Positions 41,551 to 53,630 of a stretch of DNA of 64,000 bases are shown in pieces. The stretch comes from the human T2T-CHM13v2.0 reference genome, Homo sapiens. How positions within the stretch are numbered: the stretch's first letter is position 1; each line of letters begins with the position of its first letter. The position numbers and the translations under genes are program-made. The notes under the pieces were generated by a model. The model was not told the DNA's origin. It made no database searches and was given only the letters and a program-made list of their open reading frames with translations. The stretch lies in NCBI RefSeq assembly GCF_009914755.1, contig NC_060932.1. One strand, 5' to 3'.

Positions 41551-41660
41551 ATGTGTGTACATATACATATATGTGTGCATACATGTGTGTACATATACAT
41601 ATATGTGTGCATACATGTGTGTACATATACATACATATAAATACACAAATACATACATAT
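41551..41660. repeat. 32-bp minisatellite (about 2.6 copies) of ATGTGTGTACATATACATATATGTGTGCATAC
   Basis: Units start at 41551, 41583 and 41615. Confidence 0.85.
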
Positions 41661-41960
41661 ATTGGTCTGTTCTCTCACCACTATAAAGAAATACCTGAGA
41701 CTGGGTAATTTATAAAGAAAGGAGGTTTATTTGACTTGTAGTTCCATGGGCTATACAGCAAGCATGGTGCTGGCATCTGCTTGGCTTCTGAGGAGGTCTC
41801 AGGAAACTTAAAATCATGGCAGAAGACAAAGGGGGAGCCAGCACTTCACATGGCTGGAGCAGGAGGAAGAGAGAATGGGGGAGGTGCGACACACTTTTAA
41901 ACAACCAGATCTCATGAGCACTCTATCATGAGTTCAGCACTAGAGGGACGGTGTTAAATT
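41657..41960 (-). mobile_element. MSTA/MSTB LTR, truncated
   Basis: aaagaaatacctgagactgggtaatttataaagaaa...aaacaaccagatctcatgag. Confidence 0.9.
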
Positions 41961-41961
41961 G

Positions 41962-42754
<793 letters not shown>

Positions 42755-42925
42755 ACATATCTCAAGGCTTTCTTCTGTAAGGCAGATGAAGGAGGGATGA
42801 GAATAGAGAGTGGCTGGAGAGTCCTCTAGAGATTAACGTATGGATCAACAAAACATTGGATGAAAACAATGACTGACTCACATTATCTTTCCAAAAGCAG
42901 ATTTGCAAAGATCTGAAGTTGATAG

Positions 42926-43713
42926 TGTGTCCGGAATTGGTTCCTTCCAGTGGGTTCTTGGTCTCGCTGACTTCAAGAATGACGCCGCAGACCCTTGCAG
43001 TGAATGTTACAGTTCTTAAAGATGGTGTGTCTGGAGTTTGTTCCTTCAGATGTTCAGATGTGTCTGGAGTTTCTTCTTTCTGGTGGGTTTGTGGTCTTGC
43101 TTGACTTCAGGAGTGAAGCCTCAGACCTTCACCGTGAGTGTTACAGCTCTTAAAGGTGGCGTGTCCAGAGTTGTTTGTTCCTCCCAGTGGGTTCGTGGTC
43201 TCGTTGACTTCAGGAGTGAAGCCGCAGAACTTTGCAGTGAGTGTTACAGCTCATAAAGGTAGTGCAGACCCAAAGAGTGAGCAGCAGCAAGATCTCTTGT
43301 GAAGAGCAAAAGAACAAAGCTTCCACAGAAAGAACAAAACTTTCACAGCAGGGAAGGGTACCTGAGTGGGTTGCCGCCATTGGCTCAGGTGGCCAGCTTT
43401 TATTCCCTTATTTGGCCCCGCCCACATCCTGCTGATTGGTCCATTTTACAGACTGCTCATTGGTCCGTTTTTACAGAGTGCTGATTGGTGTGTTTACAAT
43501 CCTTTAGCTAGACAGAAAAGCTCTCCAGGTCCCCACCCGATTAGCTAGACACAGAGCACTGATTGGTGCATTTTTACAGAGTGCTGATTGGTGTGTTTAC
43601 AAATCTTTAGCTACACACAGAGCACTGATTGGTGCATTTGCAATCCTTTAGCTAGACAGAACAGCTCTCCAAGTCCTCACCCGACCGAGAAGTCCAGCCA
43701 GCTTCACTTCTCA
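42926..43713 (-). mobile_element. LTR12 (ERV9) solo LTR, complete
   Basis: TG...CA termini, 4-bp TSD ATAG, U5 repeats gacttcaggagtgaagcc and U3 repeats ctgattggtgc. Confidence 0.96.
43397..43632 (-). promoter_or_regulatory. LTR12 U3 promoter/enhancer: six CCAAT (NF-Y) boxes, GC box and AATAAAAG TATA-like box
   Basis: ATTGG at 43435, 43459, 43484, 43562, 43587 and 43628; CCCCGCCC at 43416; CTTTTATT at 43397. Activity not shown. Confidence 0.7.
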
Positions 43714-45494
43714 ATAGTCTCTGTTCAAAATATTAAACTAATAATAAAATAATGATTATTGAATATCTATACATTAAATTTAATCTCTTTAGAGGAACCT
43801 GAAAGATATTACATAATGTGGTTCTAGTTACTCTTATGGCCTTCTTTTTTGTTTTATTGTCCTATGTTGCTGGTTTGTAGAACAGCAGAATGCATTAGAT
43901 TTGAAGATGGAAAACTTTTAGATTAGGCTGTGCCATTTTTTGATTCATTGGTGTAAATTTTAATTTTTTTCATAGGTAAAATGAGATTAAAATCCCTTGT
44001 TCTGCCAACCTTATGTTTATAAAGAAGATAAATTATGTGAAAGTATTTCTAAAGAATTTGTCATAGTAGAAATAGTTGTCCTGTAGCGATTGTAAGTGGA
44101 ATCATATGTATTTTTTGGTCTGGAAAAAATGTTCCAGTGGTATGTATACACCGCTCTACCTGGGAATTCTTGCTGGTTTCTGTATCTAGTGATCTCTTTA
44201 TTTTGCTTCCTGCTGAAATGCTGTTTAACTTTACATGGTGGTTAATCGACCTATCAAGTGATCCACTCAATCACTTTCTATCTCCCTGAATTAGAATTAA
44301 TCTGTTTACCAAATGTACTTTGTTGAGAAGTCACACACTGCTTTTGCCTGGTGGGCTTCACATTCTGATAAATGTTAGCAGGCATGCATTATATCCTCTC
44401 CATGACTATGTACTTCTACAGTGCATGGGCTATTTTCAGCTGTTCTAGGTATATTCGCAGTCCCTTACTAAGTTAGTTGCACCCTACTTCATTTCAACAA
44501 GCTTTAGGGGCAGATAGTAAAAAATCATGCAATGGTACAGGTTGAAGTAATCATTTTTGTCTCTGAATTTTTTAGTGTCTAACACAGAGGTGTCCACTGT
44601 AGGTACTCAACCATTTTTGTTGTTGTTGTTGTTGCTGAATTACATAAGCTGGCTTTTATTCTGGAGAGTCCTCCCAATCCTCGCTTCTTCAGTAGTACTT
44701 AATATCGTCACTTTGCCGCATACCCATATCCCTTTTAACTGATCCTATTATAGCATGTACCTGCCAGTAAGCTCTAGATGTGCATATAGATATTCTATGC
44801 TTATGGTGCTTCAGGCATGTGATTGAACTTGTTTTTTTCATTTCAGGGTTTGAGTTTATTAATGTGGCTTTTGGAATTTTAATTGATTTTACCTTTGGAA
44901 ATGGGGCCTCTGTTAATTTTTTGATTCCCCAGTCATTACTTTGAGACACCATTTTACTTCACCACCAGGTTTCTTTACCACTGCAGGTCCTTGTTCATCC
45001 AGGAAAGAAGAATGCACTATGTGTGTGAATTTTATACAAGTACCTCTTACTAATTTGTCCTCAGTCTTCTCAATCCAGCCATAGGAGTGGATGAAACTAT
45101 TGGAGTGTGAATGTTTTGAATTAACTTACTCAATTATGAAGAATCCCTTAAACTTCCCTTGAAATCTAATTCAAGCTTCTCTTTCCAGGCTGATTCAATT
45201 AAGATTCGTTTTAACTGCGGAATCTTGTCTTCGTAATTGTTCTTTTTAAGCCCTTTAAAGGCATGTATCACATTCCCAAGTGCTGTCTGGCTTCTAGTTT
45301 TACCTCCAATTCCCTACTTAATGAAGCTGAAAAAAGTGGGTGATTATATTGTTCCTTTGTTTTTATTGGACAAGCTCAGGGGAATTGGTCCAATTCTGCT
45401 GAAATACTACTAACTTGAAATTTTCACAGGGATTAAGAACACATTCTGTGTGTGTCTAGAATGTGAGAGAGTTATTTTCAGTGCAGTTTTATTA

Positions 45495-45780
45495 AATAGA
45501 ATTTATTGAGTGTCCATTATGTGCTAGGCACTCTTCAACATGCTGGTGTTTTAACGACAAAAGAGAAGGCTTTGTTCTTTGCCCTGGGTCTTGGCTTACA
45601 GTCATGTGGGAGAAACACGTGGGGCTGTGATAACATGGCTTAAGTGCCATTGCAGAGATATACTCAGAAGACCATATTGGTAAAGAGACAGGGCTCTTAT
45701 TTTCTACTTGGGGAAGGGGTGTCATGAAAGATTTCCCAGAGGAGGTGACACTTAAGCTATGTCCAGAGGGTAAATATAAA
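45495..45780 (-). mobile_element. L2 3' fragment
   Basis: atttattgagtgtccattatgtgctaggcact...ttcccagaggaggtgacacttaagct. Confidence 0.75.
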
Positions 45781-46419
45781 TATAAAACACTCAGCGGAGT
45801 TAGCTTGGAATCACTCATTTGCTAGGTAGAGTTGCCAGAAAGGACAAGATTAAGCACAAACAAAAATGTATTTTCTGCTATAACTGGGGAGTTCAGGGAA
45901 CTGTGAAGGCATTGCTCAGTCCAGAGTTTAGACAATTGTCTTCAGTTAGCTTGCTCTTACACATCTTTTCAAAATTTTCTTGTTTATTGTCTTTGAACTT
46001 CCTTCTGATTTGGGCAAATGACAGTCCCTACACAGCTCCAGGCTTGAGTGATCCTCATACAAGTGATTCATCTGCCAGGATCCATGTCAGGTCCCAAAAA
46101 ATGACTTAATTGGCCCCGCTAAGGCCACATGGGTATTCTCTTGCTCAGTCATTTATTCACTCGCCCAGTGAAGTTATCGTTTTAAGCAACTGTTCTTGAG
46201 TTAATCTCTGGACTCTAGGATTTGTGCACCCAGGCCAGCCTGAATCATCTGAGTCCCATGAAGTGGAAGAAACAGGCCATATAATTAGCATTCCCACCAT
46301 ATTGAAGAGGGGCGTTTCTTAAAAAAATTATGTCTGGACAAATTAAAACATTATACTATATGCGTTACACCTCTCAAAGATAAAGAAAAGACTCCATAGA
46401 GTGGGCGTGATGCATTAGG

Positions 46420-46575
46420 GCAGCACTTCTTAAACATTTGTGAACACACAAATCATCTGAGGAACTTGATTAAACATAGGTTGGAACCTGGGATGGAACT
46501 TGAGACTCTGCGTTTCTGAGCTGCATGGTGATGCTAATGCCATTGCTCCACAGACTACATTTTGAGTAGAAAGGC
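46420..46575. mobile_element. MER5A (hAT) DNA transposon
   Basis: aatcatctgaggaacttgattaaa...gagactctgcgtttct...ggtgatgctaatgcc...gactacattttgagtag. Confidence 0.75.
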
Positions 46576-46929
46576 GTTAATGGTACCTCAAGTCATTTAC
46601 TGTAGCTGGATATTAGCACATAAGGGTGTGTAAGTGAGGAGGGAACAATGAAGAGTGTTGCATGGTAAAGAGTAAGGGCTAGGCCCGAGAAGGGCAGGAC
46701 CTCAACTTGGCTCTGTGATCCTTACTTAGGCTTGCTCACATCAGTTTTCATTCTCTTGGCTTCCATGATTGAAAAGTGAGTGGTTGGTGTTATAAAGCTC
46801 CCACCAAAGAAGTGTCATATTTGGGGAAGAGCACAGCTTTGGGAGCCTGTTATAGTTGTGCTAATAAGCTGGCTCTACCTCTTACTGACTCTCCAGCCTT
46901 GGCCACATTACTTAAGTATCTCAAGTACC

Positions 46930-47370
46930 TTGTTTGGGGTCATTTTCCATTTGCCCACCAGATCCCTTTCTCACCTCACTCTGCTTGGTGCCCTGGAAGG
47001 CTTTCTTTTGGGGAATACATTACCAGGGCTCCCTTTCTGATTTCTAGTTGCTGCTGGCAGGCACCAGCAGAAGATTGGAGGAAGGTAGGAGAGAGGCCAC
47101 AGTATTCGTTCTTCCTGCCCTTTCCATACCAGGCCAGAGCTTTGGTAGCATCCGTGTGCTTCTATCTAAGGTCTCAGCTCCCATCAGGACTTCATTCCTG
47201 GGCAGCTCCCATCAGATTCTGGAATGCTGCTCTCTCTCCCTGTCCCTTAGGTTTAGGAGTGGCTAAGGAGTCCAACTATGGTTGGTCCATGGGTCATAGC
47301 CATCTCTTTATGCTTCTATAAATCCTGCTGGAGTTGCCATCTGTTCCTTTCTGGGACCTTGGCTGGTGTG
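46930..47370 (+). mobile_element. LTR41-like ERVL LTR nested in a MIR
   Basis: gcaccagcagaagattggagg...cccttaggtttaggagtgg...gccatctgttcctttctgggacct; MIR halves flank it. Confidence 0.65.
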
Positions 47371-47825
47371 TTTGTCATTCCTCATTTGTAATATGGGCTA
47401 GTAATGCCTATGTTACCTGGTTTATGTGAAAATTAAATAAAACAGTTTATTGAATGTGCCTGGGCATAGTGGATTGACTACAACCAACACTAGAAACCCT
47501 CATTGCTTCTTCCTATTCACATGCTTCTTCTTAGCATCATCTACTCTTCCCCTGAGAGCACACCATTGGGAGCACTTAGATTCTGAGTCTGACTCTCAAG
47601 CCACAGCTGGTTGGGCTGGAAATGATTCAGCAGGCCAAACTCTGCCAGTCAGCCTCTGGGTACAGGGGATCTGAAGGTGGGACTCAGAGTCTCATTGGTC
47701 TTTGGTTTGTCCTTTATCTGGGAGACTATGTGAAGCCAGGGTTGGTAAGGGGGACATGACTGGGTTATGTGCTTGTCTTCAGAGCAGACGGGGATGTTGG
47801 AAAGAGTGAGAAGAAGAAATAAAAA

Positions 47826-47852
47826 GTGTGTGTGTGTGTGTGTGTGTGTGTG
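47826..47852. repeat. (TG)n microsatellite
   Basis: Read directly. Confidence 0.9.
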
Positions 47853-49023
47853 ATTCCCTGGTGACTGAATGACTTTTTATTCCCATTTCTAATCTTCAGG
47901 GGGCCCAGCTTCCATTACAGTACGTGAGACATCCCCAACATTCTCCAGTCTTTGTGAGTTACTATCTACACAGTGAAATTGGTGATGCCATCATTGTCCC
48001 CTGAACCACATGGTGAAGGAGTAGATGCCTCAACAAAACCTCTGTTCAATTAAGAAGGAATAAGTATAGATGGATAGTAGGTAGGCAGCTGTCAAAGTAG
48101 ACACCCAGACTAGGTAAAGTGAAGCAAGCACTTAACTTAGTGTGATCTACTCCTATAATGAGGAGCTCTCAAGAGACAATAACTACCTTACAAAATTTAA
48201 TTGGGCTTCTTATTGGGCCCAGGATAGATGAATAGAAAGGTCCTAGGAGAGCAAGTTCACTGACTCAGAGAGCAGAGTGGTCATTTTTCAGCATTCCCGT
48301 GATTATTGTGTTCAGCCAACCCCAGTTCAGAATGTTGGGCAGAATGTATCTGTAACTATCTATTCCTCCCAGTTTGTGGCAACTGTATGCTTCTTACAAT
48401 TCTTAAATGTGCCTTTATACACAAAAATTCAGCACAAAGTTTATGAGTGTAAAGTACAGCTTTTCATCCAGACTTCAGTGCCCTCCACTTTGAAAGGTTA
48501 GTGTTCTGCTCTAGAGCCCCCATCCTGAGTATTGGCAAAGCCCTCATCTTTTCCAACATTCCTGAGGCTGCTCAGGGTGGGAAGAGGGATCACATCCTGC
48601 CTTCTGCTCTTTTTCCAAAAGTTTTTATGTTTCTTGGTTATTCCTTCATCCTGCTTTCCATTTTACCTTTAGAAATTGCTACCCCTTTTCTGCTTTGCTT
48701 TTTCTCAAAATGGAGAATGGTCACGTGATTTAGACTTTCCCAAGTCACTAACATAAGGCTATTCTGTGCAAATTTTTTGGCTAAACACCAAGGATAATGA
48801 AGGATGCTCAAGCCCAGAATAGAGCAGGTAAGAAATGACTAAAGGATGAGCCATGTTCCCAGGAGCTGGCTTCCACTGGCTGCCTTTGCCCATATTACCT
48901 GGCTGATCATCATGCTGTTGGTCCGGCCCTCTTTATTTATCCTTAAACCATCTTCTCCCACTGCTCTGGGGAATTTTCAAGATCTTCTGTCCATGGAACT
49001 GATAGAGACACTATTACTGTTTT

Positions 49024-49427
49024 TGAAACTGGTCCAATAGTCCTATAGACAGTTGGTTTCGGATAAACATAGAAATTTACCCTTCTGCTGTTAAAGCTTG
49101 AAACTTGGATTTGTTTTATCTGAGTTCCTTCCTCAGGAAAGGACTTTCAAGAAGTATTAAAGAACTGAAGCTCACCAGATCATTGTAACAGATGCCTCCT
49201 TGTCCCTCCCTAGTTCCTGTTTTCGTATACATTGTTACATTTCTTTCCTGCTATATAAGTCCCTAGGTTTAGTCAGTCAGGGAGATGGATTTGAGACTAA
49301 GCTCCCATTTCCTAGTCTGCAGCACCCGATTAAAGCCTTCTCCCTTGTCAACACTTGTCATCCAGGGATTGGCTTTATGTTTGGTATGCAGAGGGACCTA
49401 GATTGAACCCCTGGTATTTTGGTAACA
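49024..49427 (+). mobile_element. ERV1 (MER4-group) solo LTR, subfamily uncertain
   Basis: TGAAAC...GGTAACA termini, TATATAA at about 49252, ATTAAA poly(A) signal at about 49330, ataaacatagaaatt and tctgagttccttcctcaggaaa blocks. Confidence 0.75.
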
Positions 49428-50856
49428 TCTTTTGTAAAGAACTACCTCCTAATTTCTATCTCTAACTTTGTTTTATTAAAGAGACATGCTTGTAAATTTT
49501 TGTAAACAAAAGAATAATTGTCTTTTTAGGAGAACATGTCTAAACTATAGCTAGCTTAAAATCCCAACACACTCAACACATACAGACTCATAAAGTGCAG
49601 AATACATCCCACTTATTCTTCATGTGATAGAAGTGGGTTTCAGTCATTCCCTTTCCAGCTTCAGTTTCTCATGTACTGATGAATATGAATGCAATAGTGC
49701 CAACAACTGCCCTGCAATCATGCTCCCTTCAACAACAAACTGAAATAGTATGTCAATTAAGCAATTATCTTTTGTTCCTGATTATCCCTCTGTGCTATAC
49801 GTATTTTAAGGGCAATAAATAATGTTTTGCTGGTGGCTTATTCTAAAAAAAAAAGAAAAAGAAAGAAATGCTGTAGAATTCCTGGGCTTAGCTTGCTTGC
49901 TTGCTTGTTTGATTTGTTTTGTTTTGTTTTGTTTTGTTTACAGGTCCTAACCTTTTCCAAGTTTTTATCAGAATATATCAGTTTTGTCATCTTCAGCCAA
50001 TGCAAACCTGATAAACTAGACAGGATTACGTAAGCAATGTATGAACAATTTTAGACGTCCAGGAAATGAGTCACTAAGTGAGCTAAGGGTCTTTATGATT
50101 CCAGGGGTTGCCCTCAGGACACAGGTTTTTCTCTGCTGAGGCATTTATTATCTGTCTCATACTCCCTCTATTGCTTCCTCTTTAGGATTACGTCTCTGCC
50201 TCAGTTTCCCTCTGGCTCATCACCAAGACTGGGCTTTTTCCCTGAATGCTAGAATGAAGCCCATGGGTCGTGCTTAGCACTTTCCAGATTCTACTATCAG
50301 CATTCCACCAATCCTTATGCAAGGACTTTATATAAGGGAATTTATGCTCTTCTCCTTATTTACTCTCTTAGTTTGGATATATAACTGTTGACCCATTCTT
50401 TGTACTAGTTCTAACTTTCTACCTCGCATCCTCATTTTTTAAAATATTCTACTGCTCAGTACACTTTAGTTTGGATCATGAGAACTATTTTTTCACCCTG
50501 ATTTGGGTTGTCTCTTTGCTGGTGCTTTCTGGACCTCTTCTGGAGTTTGATAAGTCCCCAATATCCACTCACCTTAGTGTTATTCTTTCCAGAATGGCTT
50601 TCTCCAGTCATGTGTCAGAATTGAACATCTGCTTCCTGAACTATCAAGATGCACTGAACTACTCATTTGACTCAAATGGAAAGTTATCAGAACAGCATGT
50701 CAACTCTCTTTCTAACTTCAAATATTATCTGGCACCTGGCCTTTTGTCACTGACCTGACTGACAATCAGTATTTTTCCTGGTTTTAACCTCTGCTGAAAT
50801 CAGGCTTTTCACTGAATATTATGCTAATACTACGCTTATGATTATGGCCACAGTTA

Positions 50857-51819
50857 TTGCGGATTATGGTGTTTATGGCAACTCAAATATTTCAGGCTTC
50901 TTTCTTCAGTGTACATAAGAGGAGCACACTTTTATTCTTTCTTTAAAGTTTAGTATGTGACTTACTTTACCCAACAAAACGAAGTGGAAGTGATGATCAT
51001 TACTTCATAGAAGAGACTCAATTTGCATCATGCTCATGTTCCTACTGTAATGATAATGTAAACCCTTATAAAGAGAAGGGTACTGTTGGCTTGGATATCT
51101 GATTGACATGTAAACCAAAAATAAAATTCTTAATGCCCCCAACCATCTGAATGGACTCATCCTCTCAGCCAAGGGCATTCCAAAGTTAACCTGAAAAACA
51201 AGTTGAGGCTCTGATGGGAAGTGAGGGTCAGACATGCCTCATAATACCCTCCTCTATTTTGGTATTCCAGAAATTCTAACTGACATTAACATCAACAGAG
51301 ACCTGAAGTCTAATAAGAAACATTTAGTCTATTCTCTTTGACTCCTGCTACCTGAAGGCTTCATCTTCATGATAATACCTTGTCATAGCCCAGACGTTAC
51401 TTTTTTTGATAATAACTCTTTCAACCAATTGCCAATCAGAAATATTTTAAATATACTTATGACCTTGAAACCTCACACTTCAAGTTGAGCTGCCCTTCCA
51501 GATCAAACCAATGTAAATCTTACATGTACTGACTGATGTATTATGTCTCCTTAAAATGTATAAAAACAAGCTGTACTCCCACCACCTTGGGCACATGTCA
51601 TCAGGTCCTCCTGAGGCTGTGTCACAGGTGTGTCCTTAACCTTGGGAAAATGAAGTTTCTAAATTGATTTAGACCTGTCTCAGGTACTTTTGGATTCACA
51701 GACTACTGTTTGGGTCACAGCATAAGAAACAAAGGAACTTTTTTTTAAAAAAAAGTTAAGCACTGAAATGAGGTGTTTCCTATTGCTACAGCATAACCTT
51801 GCCTATCCTGATTAATACG
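50857..51819 (+). mobile_element. MLT1I-like LTR split by MER4E
   Basis: atgtgacttactttacccaacaaaacgaagtggaagtgatg; 3' end tgctacagcataaccttgcctatcctgattaatac. Confidence 0.65.
51109..51700 (+). mobile_element. MER4E-like ERV1 solo LTR
   Basis: TGTAAACCAAAAATAAAATTCT...CACCTTGGGCACATGTCATCAGG...TTCACA; TSD GACA/GACT. Confidence 0.88.
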
Positions 51820-53384
51820 TTGACTTTAAATAAATTACACTTTCTCTGTAAGCTACAGTTTATTAATTTGTTAAAGAAGGTAGTTGGACTAACTTATCAC
51901 TTATGTTTCTTTTATCTCTGTGACATTCAGGGACTTTATATCTTGACTGACAGCATCCAGGCAAAATGTTGACCCATTGTTTATTCCCCTTGGAATCTTT
52001 CCACAAAACTTGGGAATGATTAAGATATGTGTCTAGATAACACCCAGTAGCAATAAAATGAGACAGCTGGCTAAATAATTATAAACTGTAATCAGGATGT
52101 GTAATCCAGATGCTCAAATATTATTGTCAAATGTCCAAATGAATGCCCATCACAATTTGTAAGCTGAGATTTTTCTTTCTCTTAAAATGATTTTTACTGA
52201 CTGTCAAACTAATTTGTGGATGGCCCATAATGCAAGTGCCACATTGTTTTATTAGGGACAGTGAACATTGTGGGAAGTGTTTTTGAAACCAAGCATGCAG
52301 GATAGATAAATAATACAGCAAAGGAATATCAGATTCAGAAGAGCAATTTTTCAAGTGGGAGCACCTTATTAAAATCTAGTTTTTATAATATTTATAAAAT
52401 GGTTGAATATGTTTTTTATACTTAATGTCTTCTTCCTTTTGGAACAAAGAATTATAACATGGAGAAAATCTATTTGAAGACTTCCCTGATTTAATTATTT
52501 TATAGTAGATTCCATGCATAAATTTTGAACTCAGAATGACCAAGATGGAAATGCTGATTTTGCCATTGTTAGTAGTGTGACATAAACTTTGTCAGTCTTA
52601 CATTCTTGAATTGTAAAATAAACATAATGTAAAGTATACTTCAAGATGGTTTATGAATAAAATTAAAGTATCATGTATAGTGACTAACATAGCATCAAAC
52701 CCTCAATTGGAAACAGCTATTTCCATTGTCAGCAGTATTGTCATCATCGTTATCATCACCATCACCATCATCAATAGCATCTTTGTCCCCATAGAAAAGG
52801 CATATGTGCTTGCTTTTGATGACTTTACTGGGCACTGGTAACACATCCTATAATATCAGATTCTACTGACATCAAACAACCACAAGGTAAGATTCACTGC
52901 CCTTAATGCTGCACTCTGTCATTTTCAGCATGACTTCACCCACAGATATCACAGGGGCTTTCTCATAAAACCCAGCTTAGTGAGTTAATCAACCTTCAGG
53001 AGGTATTAGAGGACAGAATGGATGTACATTTCAAAGGAGCTTCATCCCTAAATCGTTCCAAATCGCATGTCTGAGCAATTTTCTTCTCTACTGCAGTTAA
53101 ATTATTGGTCAAAATTTATTGAACACCTTTTACTTACTCTGGTTCTAAAATAATCCTTGTTAGCCCTCATCAATTTAACAAATGCATCCCTCTCTTTCTA
53201 AGGCTCTCTGTGAAAGGGGAGGAACTGCATTTCACCAGAGTTCTAAAGATTTAAGAATTTCAATGGTGGTACCTCCCAGAATTTAAAGGGTCTCACCCTT
53301 TGAAGGAAGAATCAGGAGTCATCAATGCTTATCATGGATAAATTTTAACTGGCTTCAACATGGTTTAATTATAATAATAGTTAA

Positions 53385-53630
53385 TAATTATCGATTACTT
53401 AGTATGTGCCAAGTACTGCTAAGTGCTTTAGATAGATAAAATCATTATATTACATAACATAAATCATGACAGCCTCAAGAGTTATAGTGTAGTGTCATCT
53501 GCCTTGTTAAACTGTTGAAACCAGTACAGTAGTTTAAACAGCCTTCCCAAAGTCTTTTAGCTGGTAAATGGAGAGGAGAGTTGAGATTCAAACTTAGCTT
53601 TCTAATGCTATAGCTTATACTTTAATCTCT
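53385..53630 (-). mobile_element. MIR SINE
   Basis: tatgtgccaagtactgctaagtgcttta...gctggtaaatggagaggagagttgagattcaaac. Confidence 0.7.

Noticed and set aside
42930-43680. Repeated units that could look like an array
   Set aside because: Normal LTR12 U3/U5 internal repeats, not CRISPR or a new array.
46776-47321. Longest ORF (181 aa)
   Set aside because: Non-ATG start, lies across MIR and LTR41-like sequence, and has no recognisable domain.
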